A DNA stretch of 64,000 nt from an uncultured virus (IMG/VR IMGVR_UViG_3300016659_000217) (lineage: Duplodnaviria; Heunggongvirae; Uroviricota; Caudoviricetes). The notes beneath the pieces were generated by a model. The model saw nothing but the letters and a program-made list of their open reading frames with translations, searched no databases and was not told where the DNA came from. Position 1 is the stretch's first letter; every line of letters begins with the position of its first letter. Shown here one piece after another: positions 1-9,064 of this stretch. The stretch lies in IMG/VR virus record IMGVR_UViG_3300016659_000217. One strand, 5' to 3'. The translations under genes and the position numbers were made by a program.

Positions 1-582
1 ATGCGTATTTATGGATATTTCAGGGAAAATCCAAATAGATTAAAAAACTTACAGGATAGAATAAATTTAAATAAATTCGGTTATTCAATCCCATCAAATC
101 GTTTGATTATCGAGAACGTGACAGTAGAAACCTCTGTTATTTATAGAGATAAATTTATGGCTCTTATTAACCTAACATTAGAAGAAGGAGACTTACTCAT
201 AGTCAAAAGCTTTGACTGTTTGGGAAAGGATTTTAAAGAAATATACAATAGCGTTCATAGGATCTATCAAAAAAATATAAATCTCATCTGTTTAGATTAT
301 TCTAAATCAGTAATAGAAGGAAGTGCAAAAGAAAGTTTTATTCATTTTTTAAAACTATGTTTCGATTTTGAAAATAATTTCATATTTGAATCAAAAATCA
401 AACCTCTCAGCAAAAGTGTTAAAAAAGTTGGACGTCCTGAAAAATTAAATCTAAAACAACAAAAGGAAGTTAAAGATAAGTTTAAAAAAGGGTATAGCAT
501 TTACTCTATAGCAAAAGAGTACTCTGTCACTCGAACTGTTATAAATCGTATTTTAAAGAAGTCAGAAATAGAAGAAAATTAA
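1..582 (+). CDS. Serine recombinase/resolvase-family protein with C-terminal HTH; catalytic motifs degenerate
   Basis: MRIYGYFR.. start, LEEGDLLIVKSFDCLGKD (cf. GDxLxVxxLDRLGR), VGRPEKL + HTH (SIAKEYSVTRTVINRIL); the YxRVS serine is absent. Confidence 0.7.
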   Translation: MRIYGYFRENPNRLKNLQDRINLNKFGYSIPSNRLIIENVTVETSVIYRDKFMALINLTLEEGDLLIVKSFDCLGKDFKEIYNSVHRIYQKNINLICLDYSKSVIEGSAKESFIHFLKLCFDFENNFIFESKIKPLSKSVKKVGRPEKLNLKQQKEVKDKFKKGYSIYSIAKEYSVTRTVINRILKKSEIEEN

Positions 583-1002
583 CATAAATTTCAAATAACG
601 CCATTTAAAAACCTTATTTCTATATATTTTAAATATCAACAATCTCACTGATAAAATATATTTATTTAAACCATCAATTTTAAAATAAAATTATTCTAAT
701 CTTAATTAAATTCGTTGAATGGTTTTATCTTGATTCACTTCTTTAATTTTGGAAATACGTAGTAGTCCACCTACTCTCTTTATCTCCTAGATTTACCATT
801 GACACCTTCGACTGGTTAAAAAGAGCAATGTACTCATAAATAATGATCGAATAACTTTTTAAAGGTGAATTTGAGTATAACCCATTGCTCTTCTGATTTT
901 TAACTTTAAATTTTTTTTCCAGCATAATACTTGCATACTTTAATTATATTGCGTGTGTAAGAACTTTTTTCCATCAATTTGGATTTAATACTAAACTGTA
1001 AT

Positions 1003-1047
1003 TGGCAAATATGTTCAGACTCGAACTGGAGACCTCTACGATGTCAA
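1003..1047 (-). pseudogene. Degenerate 3' half of tRNA-Val(GAC); distal att site of prophage 1
   Basis: 1016-1048 is identical to 41571-41603 (CAGACTCGAACTGGAGACCTCTACGATGTCAAG); 1003-1015 aligns with 5 transitions; reverse complement reads anticodon loop TTGACAT, T-loop TTCGAG, ends CCA. Confidence 0.85.
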
Positions 1048-1286
1048 GATGAAGTCAAAACCCGACATAAGCCTTTAGAATATAACAATTTCATTGCTTA
1101 TTTTTGAGCGTATTTTAGTCACTTTCTTACCAAACTAGACCCAATAAAATCAATAATTTAGAGCATCATTTCTCTACAGCTTTTTTGGGCTTTTGCGTCA
1201 AATTACTCATAGGAATTTTGTCTTAAAATTTGGCTTATCGTCTTCGAGTATAAGATATATAAAACCGCCCTTTCAGGCGGTCATTT

Positions 1287-2087
1287 TCACTTCAATAAAT
1301 TGTACCTTTGGTGCGGAAAAGTCTTCAGCTCGAACATGTGTTGGTAGTCATACGCTGGCAGTTCTACATTGTACTTTTTGCATAGGTCCGATATGGCATA
1401 GGTCATATAGAACATATTGTCATGCAGCATGGACACCAGTAATGGATTTAGTTTTGCCAGTGTCGGGCTATGGGTATTCCACCATGCTTGGAAAAGTTTG
1501 GCTTGGCCACAGAGTATTTCTATAGATTGGTTTTCATCTATATGAATATCCCCTTTTGCTTTGATCTGCATGGTTTCAAGGTAGTCCACAGCGTCTTGGA
1601 AATGCATGGCCAAGAGTTCGCTATAACGTGGAATGCGAAAGTGCTTGTTATGTCTGGCCCAGAGTTCGGTGCGTTTCTTAGTACTGCCTTCACAGCGTCG
1701 GTCGACGATTTCTTTGAGTATGGCTTGTTGCTCTGCGTTAATTTTTACTCGAGTGTCGATTTGTTGCTGTAGAACTTCTTTTTCCAGTACGTCGAGTACC
1801 CATTTGCGGAATTCTTTGGCTACTGGGGTTCGGGCAAACATGGCTATGAGATGTGCCCCACGTAGTGAGAAAATACGCATACCCAAATTGGGTAACTGGG
1901 GATTTTCTATAACCTGTGTCATTTTTGATGTAAATTCATCAGCTTTACGATTATAAATTTTACTAACAGCATTTTCCTGCTTATACCCTAAAGCATGGGC
2001 AAGCTCAGTAGATGTAATCCAAACAACTTGTTCATCATTATGTTGTACTGGATGAAATTGTATTGCATTAAATGATAGACTGTTCAT
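1287..2087 (-). CDS. Phage antirepressor, Bro-N domain
   Basis: VWITSTELAHALGY...MRIFSLRGAHLIAMFARTPVAKEFRKWVLDVL; start placed at ATG 2087. Confidence 0.85.
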   Translation of the reverse strand: MNSLSFNAIQFHPVQHNDEQVVWITSTELAHALGYKQENAVSKIYNRKADEFTSKMTQVIENPQLPNLGMRIFSLRGAHLIAMFARTPVAKEFRKWVLDVLEKEVLQQQIDTRVKINAEQQAILKEIVDRRCEGSTKKRTELWARHNKHFRIPRYSELLAMHFQDAVDYLETMQIKAKGDIHIDENQSIEILCGQAKLFQAWWNTHSPTLAKLNPLLVSMLHDNMFYMTYAISDLCKKYNVELPAYDYQHMFELKTFPHQRYNLLK

Positions 2088-2173
2088 ATCAATTTTTTCT
2101 CGAAGAAGATTGGTAACTCGCCCCAAGATCCGCCAAGATTATTTGGGGCGTTTTTATTTAAAATAATATCCAC

Positions 2174-2200
2174 TGGACATATTGCAAATATATATGTCCA
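2174..2200. promoter_or_regulatory. Inverted repeat TGGACATAT-N9-ATATGTCCA; probable operator between divergent ant and arc genes
   Basis: Perfect 9-bp inverted repeat in the divergent intergenic region. Confidence 0.5.
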
Positions 2201-2238
2201 CTTGATACCATGTCAACAGGATTTTTCAGGACAATGTC

Positions 2239-2718
2239 ATGGGTAAACATTTAGGCGTTGCTTACAATTTACGCTTACCACAAGAATTAAAAGATAAAAT
2301 TGCAGAGTCAGCTAAAGAGCTGAATCGCTCTATGAATGCGGATATTGTGGCTCGGCTAGAAGAAAGCTTTTTGAGAAATGAGAGTTCCGCACCTGCCCGT
2401 TCTGATGTAAAAATCATTCATTTAAAGAATGGTAAAAAGCGTGTTATTTTTGGAAAGCTTTTAAATAACCTTAACTTAGACTACACACAAGAACTCGATC
2501 AACTTCGTGACGATATTCATCTTGCTCTTGAGGTATTGAGTGGTTCTTCTTTTTGGAATTCATTAAAGTTTTTAGGTAAAGATGTTTTAGTCTACAAAGG
2601 CGATAATCACATAGATGTTGTAGATAATGGTGAAGGTAGTCTTGGATGGTTAACCGTAGAAGATCATATCACTGATGAATATATGGAAAATCTTCATAAA
2701 AAAAATAACGAAAAGTAA
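2239..2718 (+). CDS. Arc-family ribbon-helix-helix DNA-binding protein
   Basis: YNLRLPQELKDKIAESAKELNRSMNADIVARLEESF. Confidence 0.85.
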   Translation: MGKHLGVAYNLRLPQELKDKIAESAKELNRSMNADIVARLEESFLRNESSAPARSDVKIIHLKNGKKRVIFGKLLNNLNLDYTQELDQLRDDIHLALEVLSGSSFWNSLKFLGKDVLVYKGDNHIDVVDNGEGSLGWLTVEDHITDEYMENLHKKNNEK

Positions 2719-2811
2719 GTCACCGCTTACTTTCTAATGTCGCTTCCTAACTCTCTATTCTTGGAAGTGAGAGTTTTAGGGATTAAATAGTTAGTATATT
2801 TTATATATTAA

Positions 2812-3537
2812 ATGATTCATTATTGGGGAAATTGTATGAACTATATTCAATTAATAGTTGGGATCATTATTGGTGCTATTGTCGTATACTTCACAGCTTT
2901 TCTAAAAGAAAAAGCAAAACTTAACGCATCAGAAAAAGAAAAGCAAAAAATTATATTAGACTTTCAAAAGCTACTAGAAAAAGAAAAAAGCGAGCATCTG
3001 AAACAACTGGAGAAAGAGAAGAAAGCACATCAATTAGACATTGAAAAAAGAAAACATCAATATGAAAGTAAAAAGGAGCAATATTATAGTTTTATGCAAG
3101 AGTTAGATAATTTTCAGGCTTGTAGCCTTAAGATTATACACGAAGAACTTAGTACAGTAATGATGCTTTACTTTGAAAGTTTGGAAGGATTGAACCAACT
3201 ATCCTCCAAAGACTTAACAATCCAATACAATCATAATGCCGCTAATATAGCTAATAAAATTAGAACTCAAAAAGCTAAACTTTACTCTCAGCTTAATGGT
3301 TTGAAATTATCTAGCAATAATAAAATTACAAAACATTTAGAGGAGCTTATTAAAGAAGTCAATAGTTCAGAACAATTATTTATGAAATGTGCTGAATATA
3401 TTGAAAGCAGTCGTTTCCAACTAGACCAAAACCTACCAGAACACATATTGCATCAAACAAATAGTAATGAAAGTAACATTCATAATATTAAAAATAATCT
3501 AATCCTCGCCATGAGAACAGATTTAGATAACATTTAA
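2812..3537 (+). CDS. Hypothetical protein, N-terminal TM helix + coiled coil (start may be 2836)
   Basis: IQLIVGIIIGAIVVYFTAF followed by a K/E-rich helical region; AT-rich. Confidence 0.6.
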   Translation: MIHYWGNCMNYIQLIVGIIIGAIVVYFTAFLKEKAKLNASEKEKQKIILDFQKLLEKEKSEHLKQLEKEKKAHQLDIEKRKHQYESKKEQYYSFMQELDNFQACSLKIIHEELSTVMMLYFESLEGLNQLSSKDLTIQYNHNAANIANKIRTQKAKLYSQLNGLKLSSNNKITKHLEELIKEVNSSEQLFMKCAEYIESSRFQLDQNLPEHILHQTNSNESNIHNIKNNLILAMRTDLDNI

Positions 3538-3540
3538 ATA

Positions 3541-3563
3541 AAAAGCCCCTTTCGGGGCATTTT
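3541..3563. terminator. Probable bidirectional intrinsic terminator
   Basis: AAAAGCCCC-TTTC-GGGGCATTTT between convergent genes. Confidence 0.6.
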
Positions 3564-3564
3564 A

Positions 3565-4065
3565 TTAACTTAATATTTTATTGAAGGCATAAATTATTAA
3601 TTTAGAATAACGATGGTGCTCATATGCCTCTTCAATTGTAGTTTGAGGAACTTTTGAGTGTGCATATGAATGACGCCATTGAAGTAAAGATGTATACTTA
3701 TCATTGGGATGTACTCCTCCTAATCTTTTTTGAATACGCGTTAACTCCTTTTTAAAATCTTGTTCTTTTGAGCTCGAGAAAAGTTTAAGATAATTACATA
3801 GATCATTTTTTGAGATCTTGCTATTTAACTTTTTATAATTTTCCTCAATATAATATGAAAAATCAATATGAATTGAGTCTGCATATTCAATCATAATTTT
3901 TTTCACAACATTTTCATAAATCGCACATATTGCAACTAATAATAGACCCGATAGCTCTCCTCTTAAATCAATATTTGCAGTATTAGAAATAGGAGCTATT
4001 CGATTTAAATCTCTTACAAGATTATCAATATGGTCCAGTGCTTCTTTAAGTTCCGAACGATCCAT
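3565..4065 (-). CDS. HEPN-domain protein (putative RNase effector)
   Basis: Rx4H motif WRHSYAH near the C-terminus; helical; directly downstream of the DUF262 gene. Confidence 0.75.
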   Translation of the reverse strand: MDRSELKEALDHIDNLVRDLNRIAPISNTANIDLRGELSGLLLVAICAIYENVVKKIMIEYADSIHIDFSYYIEENYKKLNSKISKNDLCNYLKLFSSSKEQDFKKELTRIQKRLGGVHPNDKYTSLLQWRHSYAHSKVPQTTIEEAYEHHRYSKLIIYAFNKILS

Positions 4066-4071
4066 GTAAGC

Positions 4072-5196
4072 TTATCCAAAATATTTTTTTGCAATTTGAA
4101 TTCTTTGCTTCAACATTGCCGTATCAGCTGTTGGCCCAATTGAAGAAGAAATAAAGTGGGGATCTAAAATTAATCTGTTGTATTGTTCAGATATCACTTT
4201 TGGATCAATACTATCTTTCTCTAATAATGCAACAAATACAGCATCAAGCATTGCTGTATTAATTAAACCTTTAGGACGGAATGGTTTTTCAATATTTTTA
4301 GAGACTAATTCAACTACTTCAACAAATTTTTTCTTAAATTTTAATGATTTTTCACAATCAAAATCTCTATTTTGATACATTGTTTTATTTAAAAAAGAAA
4401 TCATAGGTTTTTCATAAGAATCCCAATTCTTATATAGACCATATAATCGAAGAATAAGTTCAACATCCCTCTGATTTTTATGTGAAAACTTAAAACCAAG
4501 AATATTTAACCAGTTTGGATTATTATTTAAATCTTGAAGTTCTTTTACAATTTTACCTCGATATACTGCATTTCTAATTTCTTGAGGCTTCAACTGCGTA
4601 CCACCAGTATTAAGTCTCTGGAAAATATGGAATACACAATCATTACTATTATTTGGTGATAACTGTCTTATATTAATTGCTCTTAATGTAGCATTTTTTA
4701 ATTTTCGTTGATCTTTTTTATCCAAATCTTCAAATGTCTTACCATTATAATTTTGTGTATCAGACAACCCCTTGAGCCTAAATATTTTTTTACGCCCTTG
4801 TGAATCTGCTTCACCAAAATATCCATCTAAGAAATATTTAATTGACATAATACGCTGCTGCCCATCAATTATTTCTAGGACTCCTTCATCGTTAACATAA
4901 AAAAATACTTGTGGTACAGGCAATCCTATTAAAAATGATTCTACCAATCTCGAAGCTTGTTCAATCCTCCATACATATTTTCTTTGATAAAATGGAACTA
5001 TTAAATCACCATCATCTATTTGTTGTGCTAATACACCTAAAGGGGGATCTGATGGAGTAACTGCTAAATCAAATTGAACATCTGGAATTTCATCTTCACA
5101 GTCTTCTTCTACTAACTGTTCATCAATAGCCTCTTCGGCTATAGTTTGAAGTTTTTCCTCAGGAATTTGATAGTCTTGGAATTGATCTTCAGTCAT
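4072..5196 (-). CDS. DUF262 (GmrSD N-terminal/ParB-like) domain protein
   Basis: PFYQRKYVW, IIDGQQR and FQRLNTGG motifs. Confidence 0.85.
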   Translation of the reverse strand: MTEDQFQDYQIPEEKLQTIAEEAIDEQLVEEDCEDEIPDVQFDLAVTPSDPPLGVLAQQIDDGDLIVPFYQRKYVWRIEQASRLVESFLIGLPVPQVFFYVNDEGVLEIIDGQQRIMSIKYFLDGYFGEADSQGRKKIFRLKGLSDTQNYNGKTFEDLDKKDQRKLKNATLRAINIRQLSPNNSNDCVFHIFQRLNTGGTQLKPQEIRNAVYRGKIVKELQDLNNNPNWLNILGFKFSHKNQRDVELILRLYGLYKNWDSYEKPMISFLNKTMYQNRDFDCEKSLKFKKKFVEVVELVSKNIEKPFRPKGLINTAMLDAVFVALLEKDSIDPKVISEQYNRLILDPHFISSSIGPTADTAMLKQRIQIAKKYFG

Positions 5197-5561
5197 GCTT
5201 ACCCTCTAAACTTTAAGTGAATAATGTTGTGGTTAATTATTACTATTAAATTACCTTCAGCTAAATTACACTTGCCATCCGATAAAAATAGCTGTTACCC
5301 ATTTAATCATAGATTATTTATGACAAAATTAATTGATACATAGATTTTAAACTCTTAAACATAAGAGATAATGTTTGTATCACTATTAAAATTTAATTTC
5401 ACTTTTTAGGATTAAATTCGTTATTTGTCAACCAAAAAATCAGGATAATTCAAATATTTATCAACTAAACTAATTTTTATACGACTTTCTAACTAGATTC
5501 ATTGAGCAAACAACTCGAGAGTTGTTAGACTTCGGCTATTGTTTTGACTTTAAAATAATTT

Positions 5562-5783
5562 ATGAAATTTTTACTTATTTTAGTTTTGGGTTTCACTTCC
5601 ATCCAAGTTTATGCAAAAAAATGTGCTGACTTTTCTACTCAACAGCAAGCACAGAAATGGTATGAACAACGTAAAAAATCAGGACAAACAGGCTGGAAAA
5701 GTTTAGACCGTGACGGCGATGGCCAAGCATGTGATTGCTTGCCGGGTGGAAATGGTAAGAAGTGTCCTAAGAAAAAAAAATAG
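5562..5783 (+). CDS. Excalibur calcium-binding domain secreted protein
   Basis: Signal peptide, CADFSTQQQAQ...LDRDGDGQACD. Confidence 0.8.
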   Translation: MKFLLILVLGFTSIQVYAKKCADFSTQQQAQKWYEQRKKSGQTGWKSLDRDGDGQACDCLPGGNGKKCPKKKK

Positions 5784-5899
5784 ATGGTTTTAAAAATACG
5801 ACCGCTTATATCGCTCGCAATTTAACCTATTAGGTTTAAATATAATCTAAAGTATTTAAGTGGTCATATTTTTTAAGTAAATTATTCACACCAAAAAAT

Positions 5900-6571
5900 A
5901 TGACTAATTTTGGATTCATGATAATGCAAATAAAACCACTTTTACTTATAGGACTTTTTGGCTTCCTTTCTGGATGCCAGGTTGTTACAAATGCAGATAA
6001 TAAAAAATCTGTATCTATGTTGCCATTACACATACCTGATGAAGTACGTTATTTAAACGTATCACCAAAAGCATCAATTGAAGAAAAGCGAGAAGCATAT
6101 ACCAATCAACTTGTCAGCTCTGCTGAACAATATGCAACTATAAAAACCATTCCATACGAATTTTTTCAAGGATCTGGTTCACTAAGTGCATACCCTTATA
6201 CCCTCTACAACTTTGATCAAAAACGTGTAAAGTTTATTGAAAACTCTATGCTCAGCCCTTCAACGACCATGACAAGATTTGATTATTCTCAATCAAAGTT
6301 AAAATTACCGGTCGGACAACATGACCTTGTTTTTGTGAGTGGTGTTGGAAGTCACAGCTATTTCACAGAGATTAAGAATATAACTTTAGAAGCAAATAAA
6401 GACTATGTAATTGGGGTAGACAGAATCCCAAATGGCAAAGCACAGGTTTTCATTGCTGAATATGAAATCGATTCAAAGTTCAAGGCTAATGAACCTGAAT
6501 CAATTATAGTGAAAAAACGAATCATTCAAGGTATTGAGCATGGGAATTTCAAACGTGTATCAGTTTATTAA
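5900..6571 (+). CDS. Putative lipoprotein
   Basis: Lipobox LSGC after a hydrophobic stretch. Confidence 0.65.
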   Translation: MTNFGFMIMQIKPLLLIGLFGFLSGCQVVTNADNKKSVSMLPLHIPDEVRYLNVSPKASIEEKREAYTNQLVSSAEQYATIKTIPYEFFQGSGSLSAYPYTLYNFDQKRVKFIENSMLSPSTTMTRFDYSQSKLKLPVGQHDLVFVSGVGSHSYFTEIKNITLEANKDYVIGVDRIPNGKAQVFIAEYEIDSKFKANEPESIIVKKRIIQGIEHGNFKRVSVY

Positions 6572-7025
6572 GTTTGGAAGCACTTTGGGGCTGTTGGTTT
6601 CTGTTTTAGCATTACAAGGTTGCGCCCGTATGATGCTACCCACCTCAGACGCTGAATTAGTAACGAAATCAATTAATGGTGGTGGTTCAATAGAAGTTCC
6701 TTTGGATTATGTACAATCGTATGCAAATTTAAAGCAGGCATACGTCAAGTGTATGGAATACCGAACTTTGAATGATTACTTAAAAGTTGATGCTAATTTG
6801 GATCGTGAAAACAGTATCGGGACCTTTTACGGCAGACCACCGTATGGGACTTATATCTTTAAGACAACCATTACGCCTATTGATTCAAATACATCGAAGC
6901 TTACCCTCTATACAATTCGAGGTAGCCTATTAACGGACAATGCAAATCAAAATGTATTAAATAAACGTTTAGAGCAAGATAAAATCCGTGCTCTAGGTAA
7001 AGATGCTAAATGCAATAAAGACTAG
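6534..7025 (+). CDS. Putative lipoprotein
   Basis: Lipobox LQGC; overlaps the upstream lipoprotein gene. Confidence 0.65.
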   Translation: MSMGISNVYQFIKFGSTLGLLVSVLALQGCARMMLPTSDAELVTKSINGGGSIEVPLDYVQSYANLKQAYVKCMEYRTLNDYLKVDANLDRENSIGTFYGRPPYGTYIFKTTITPIDSNTSKLTLYTIRGSLLTDNANQNVLNKRLEQDKIRALGKDAKCNKD

Positions 7026-7048
7026 TAATTTTAATCTGAAACTAAACA

Positions 7049-7074
7049 AGTAGAGCGCCTCACGGCGCTCTACT
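7049..7074. terminator. Intrinsic terminator hairpin
   Basis: AGTAGAGCGCC-TCAC-GGCGCTCTACT. Confidence 0.6.
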
Positions 7075-7176
7075 TATGCAAAATCCTGAACCATCTAGAT
7101 AATAATTATTTTTTAAAAACATAGCTAATCTGATATTATTAATAATGATTCTTAATAACACTTTATAAAATATAAT

Positions 7177-7482
7177 ATGACCGATTTATCAACAAACTTT
7201 AATGACACCCGCCTTATCAAATCTTGGTTTGGATTTATTCTAGGGTTGATCTGCGTGGGAATTAGCATGATAGCTTTATTTGAAGAAGTGAATTTAAAAG
7301 GCATCCTGAGAACTTTAGGCTTTCTATGCTTTTGGTATCCTTGGTGTCAGTTACCCGTTAAAAATTACCCACTATCAAAACTTTTCCGTAAGAAAACAGA
7401 AGGCGAAAAATTAAATAAACTGGCTAGCTACCTAACAATTATTGGTTTAGTTTTACTCATAAGCGCTGCAGTTTTATTTTAG
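7177..7482 (+). CDS. Small 3-TM membrane protein
   Basis: Three hydrophobic segments in 101 aa. Confidence 0.6.
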   Translation: MTDLSTNFNDTRLIKSWFGFILGLICVGISMIALFEEVNLKGILRTLGFLCFWYPWCQLPVKNYPLSKLFRKKTEGEKLNKLASYLTIIGLVLLISAAVLF

Positions 7483-7579
7483 TGAATTAGTTTAACTCGT
7501 TTGTAATCTACCTTTCTTTCAGCTCTAGATGAGTTAGAGATACTTTTAATTTTATACAAAAATTTCTTTAGAATTAAAC

Positions 7580-7897
7580 ATGCCTAAACTTGAACACTAT
7601 TTTAAATATTTTTGCTTTGGACTTGCCGGATTAACGTTTTTCCTAACCTACAGCTCCCTTTTAACAAATAATGCCTCTCTGCCTGACTATTTAGGAAATA
7701 TTGGCCTAATTCTCATATGTATTGAGATGGGTGTTCTGATGACTTACGAGCAGCTCACAGCAAAGGTTACCTTAAAAAATTTCTTTACTAAAAGTAATTC
7801 CATCCAGCTTTCAGCTATTGGAATGTTTGCACACATCTTAGGGAAAATTGGCTTCGTTTTTTTAGTTGTCAGTTTTGTCATAGGTTTTTTTGAATGA
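7580..7897 (+). CDS. Small 3-TM membrane protein
   Basis: Same architecture as the upstream ORF. Confidence 0.6.
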   Translation: MPKLEHYFKYFCFGLAGLTFFLTYSSLLTNNASLPDYLGNIGLILICIEMGVLMTYEQLTAKVTLKNFFTKSNSIQLSAIGMFAHILGKIGFVFLVVSFVIGFFE

Positions 7898-8316
7898 AAG
7901 AAAAATTTAAATGGATCTTCTTTTATGGTGGTCTTGGTTGGGGCATATCTTTTACGCTCATTATGTCCCTTATCAGAGACATTCAAGATAAACCAGTGGC
8001 CTTCGGTTCATATCTACTATTCCTGACAATCTGTATCTTCGGAGGAATGATTTTTGGAGCTATGATGTTCAAATATGAATCGAGCAAAAAACCTGAGATA
8101 CAGAATGTAAACTTAGAAAAAGTGTCTAAAGTTCTATTAGTTTGGGGTATTATTCTTAGTTTCTATGGACTTATTATCAAATTTGTATTAGTTCCTTTAG
8201 ACTATCAAAATACAACAGGTGCAAATATTTTAAAGTGGTTTATTTGGGGTGTCATTCTTTATCTAACCAATAAAATTTCTGAAGATAAAAAGAAGTCTAA
8301 TACTCAAATACAATAG
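7894..8316 (+). CDS. Small 4-TM membrane protein
   Basis: Hydrophobic segments; ATGA overlap with the upstream gene. Confidence 0.6.
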   Translation: MKEKFKWIFFYGGLGWGISFTLIMSLIRDIQDKPVAFGSYLLFLTICIFGGMIFGAMMFKYESSKKPEIQNVNLEKVSKVLLVWGIILSFYGLIIKFVLVPLDYQNTTGANILKWFIWGVILYLTNKISEDKKKSNTQIQ

Positions 8317-8323
8317 AGCATAT

Positions 8324-8350
8324 AAGAAAGCCCTTACATAGGGCTTTCTT
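8324..8350. terminator. Terminator hairpin, homologous to 9847-9871
   Basis: AAGAAAGCCCT-TACAT-AGGGCTTTCTT. Confidence 0.65.
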
Positions 8351-8359
8351 AATTCACAC

Positions 8360-8513
8360 ATTGCACAGATACAGTGACATAAACAAATGTAAATAGTTAC
8401 AGTGAAACCATGATAGTGCGCTGAACCCTATCATGGTTTCAAATAAGATATTGATGCTCAATGTAAAATTTCAATAATTTTGCAGAAGATGTATTATGTT
8501 GGTTTTAGGGAAA
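8360..8513 (+). repeat. 154-bp direct repeat, copy 1 (mini-lipoprotein gene 3' remnant + 13-bp hairpin + dif-like sites)
   Basis: Aligns over the same length with 8881-9034. Confidence 0.85.
8477..8504 (+). other. Degenerate pdif-like site, XerC/XerD orientation
   Basis: ATTTTGCAGAA-GATGTA-TTATGTTGGTT vs consensus ATTTCGTATAA-N6-TTATGTTAAAT. Confidence 0.55.
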
Positions 8514-8532
8514 CTAAAATAAAAGGGAAAAT

Positions 8533-8865
8533 ATGGACTCAGAGGAATTAGCGAAGCTACTCAAAAAAGGAATTATTAACGAAAACCTAGAAATCTATAA
8601 AGGATTGTTCACTGACTACTCACCATCAGAAATAAAAGATCCTTATTTTATTGATGCAATAAGTTTTTTTAATACTTTACCAGATGAACATAAGCGAATT
8701 TTTTTCTCAATATTACAACAAGTAATGATTGATTCAATTAGTAACGTATTAGGTGTCATTGATGGAAGCTCAAGTTTATCAGAGCACGATGGTGATTTTT
8801 CTTTGCTATATGAGGGTAAACCGCTTGAATATTTACAAGATTATTTTTTATCTCAATTTGAGTAA
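8533..8865 (+). CDS. Small acidic hypothetical protein, immunity-like
   Basis: 110 aa with RBS; DPYF...IDSISNVLGVIDG motif recalls proteins found downstream of polymorphic toxins (by memory, unverified). Confidence 0.55.
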   Translation: MDSEELAKLLKKGIINENLEIYKGLFTDYSPSEIKDPYFIDAISFFNTLPDEHKRIFFSILQQVMIDSISNVLGVIDGSSSLSEHDGDFSLLYEGKPLEYLQDYFLSQFE

Positions 8866-8880
8866 AAACATAACCTCTAT

Positions 8881-9034
8881 ACTGCACAGATACAGTGACA
8901 TGAACAAATGTAAATGATCACAAAGAAACCATGACAGCGCACTGAACCCTATCATGATTTCATATAAGATATTGATGCTCAATGTAAAATTTCAAGATTT
9001 TTGCAGAAGGTGTATTATATTGATTTTAGGGAAA
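8881..9034 (+). repeat. 154-bp direct repeat, copy 2
   Basis: Aligns with 8360-8513. Confidence 0.85.
8998..9025 (+). other. Degenerate pdif-like site, XerC/XerD orientation
   Basis: TTTTTGCAGAA-GGTGTA-TTATATTGATT; GGTGTA is a common pdif spacer. Confidence 0.55.
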
Positions 9035-9064
9035 TTTAAAAGTATAAGAACAAGGTGACAATAA

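Noticed and set aside
577..615. dif-like half sites AATTAACATAA / ATTTCAAATAA-CGCCAT
   Set aside because: Partner arms do not match at the correct spacing; AT-rich background.
743..925. 60-aa ORF
   Set aside because: No recognisable motif or RBS in AT-rich intergenic DNA.
1193..1956. Plus-strand ORFs overlapping the antirepressor (and similar shadow ORFs across the structural genes)
   Set aside because: Antisense or alternate-frame shadows of well-supported genes; only the embedded o-spanin and chaperone T frame were accepted.
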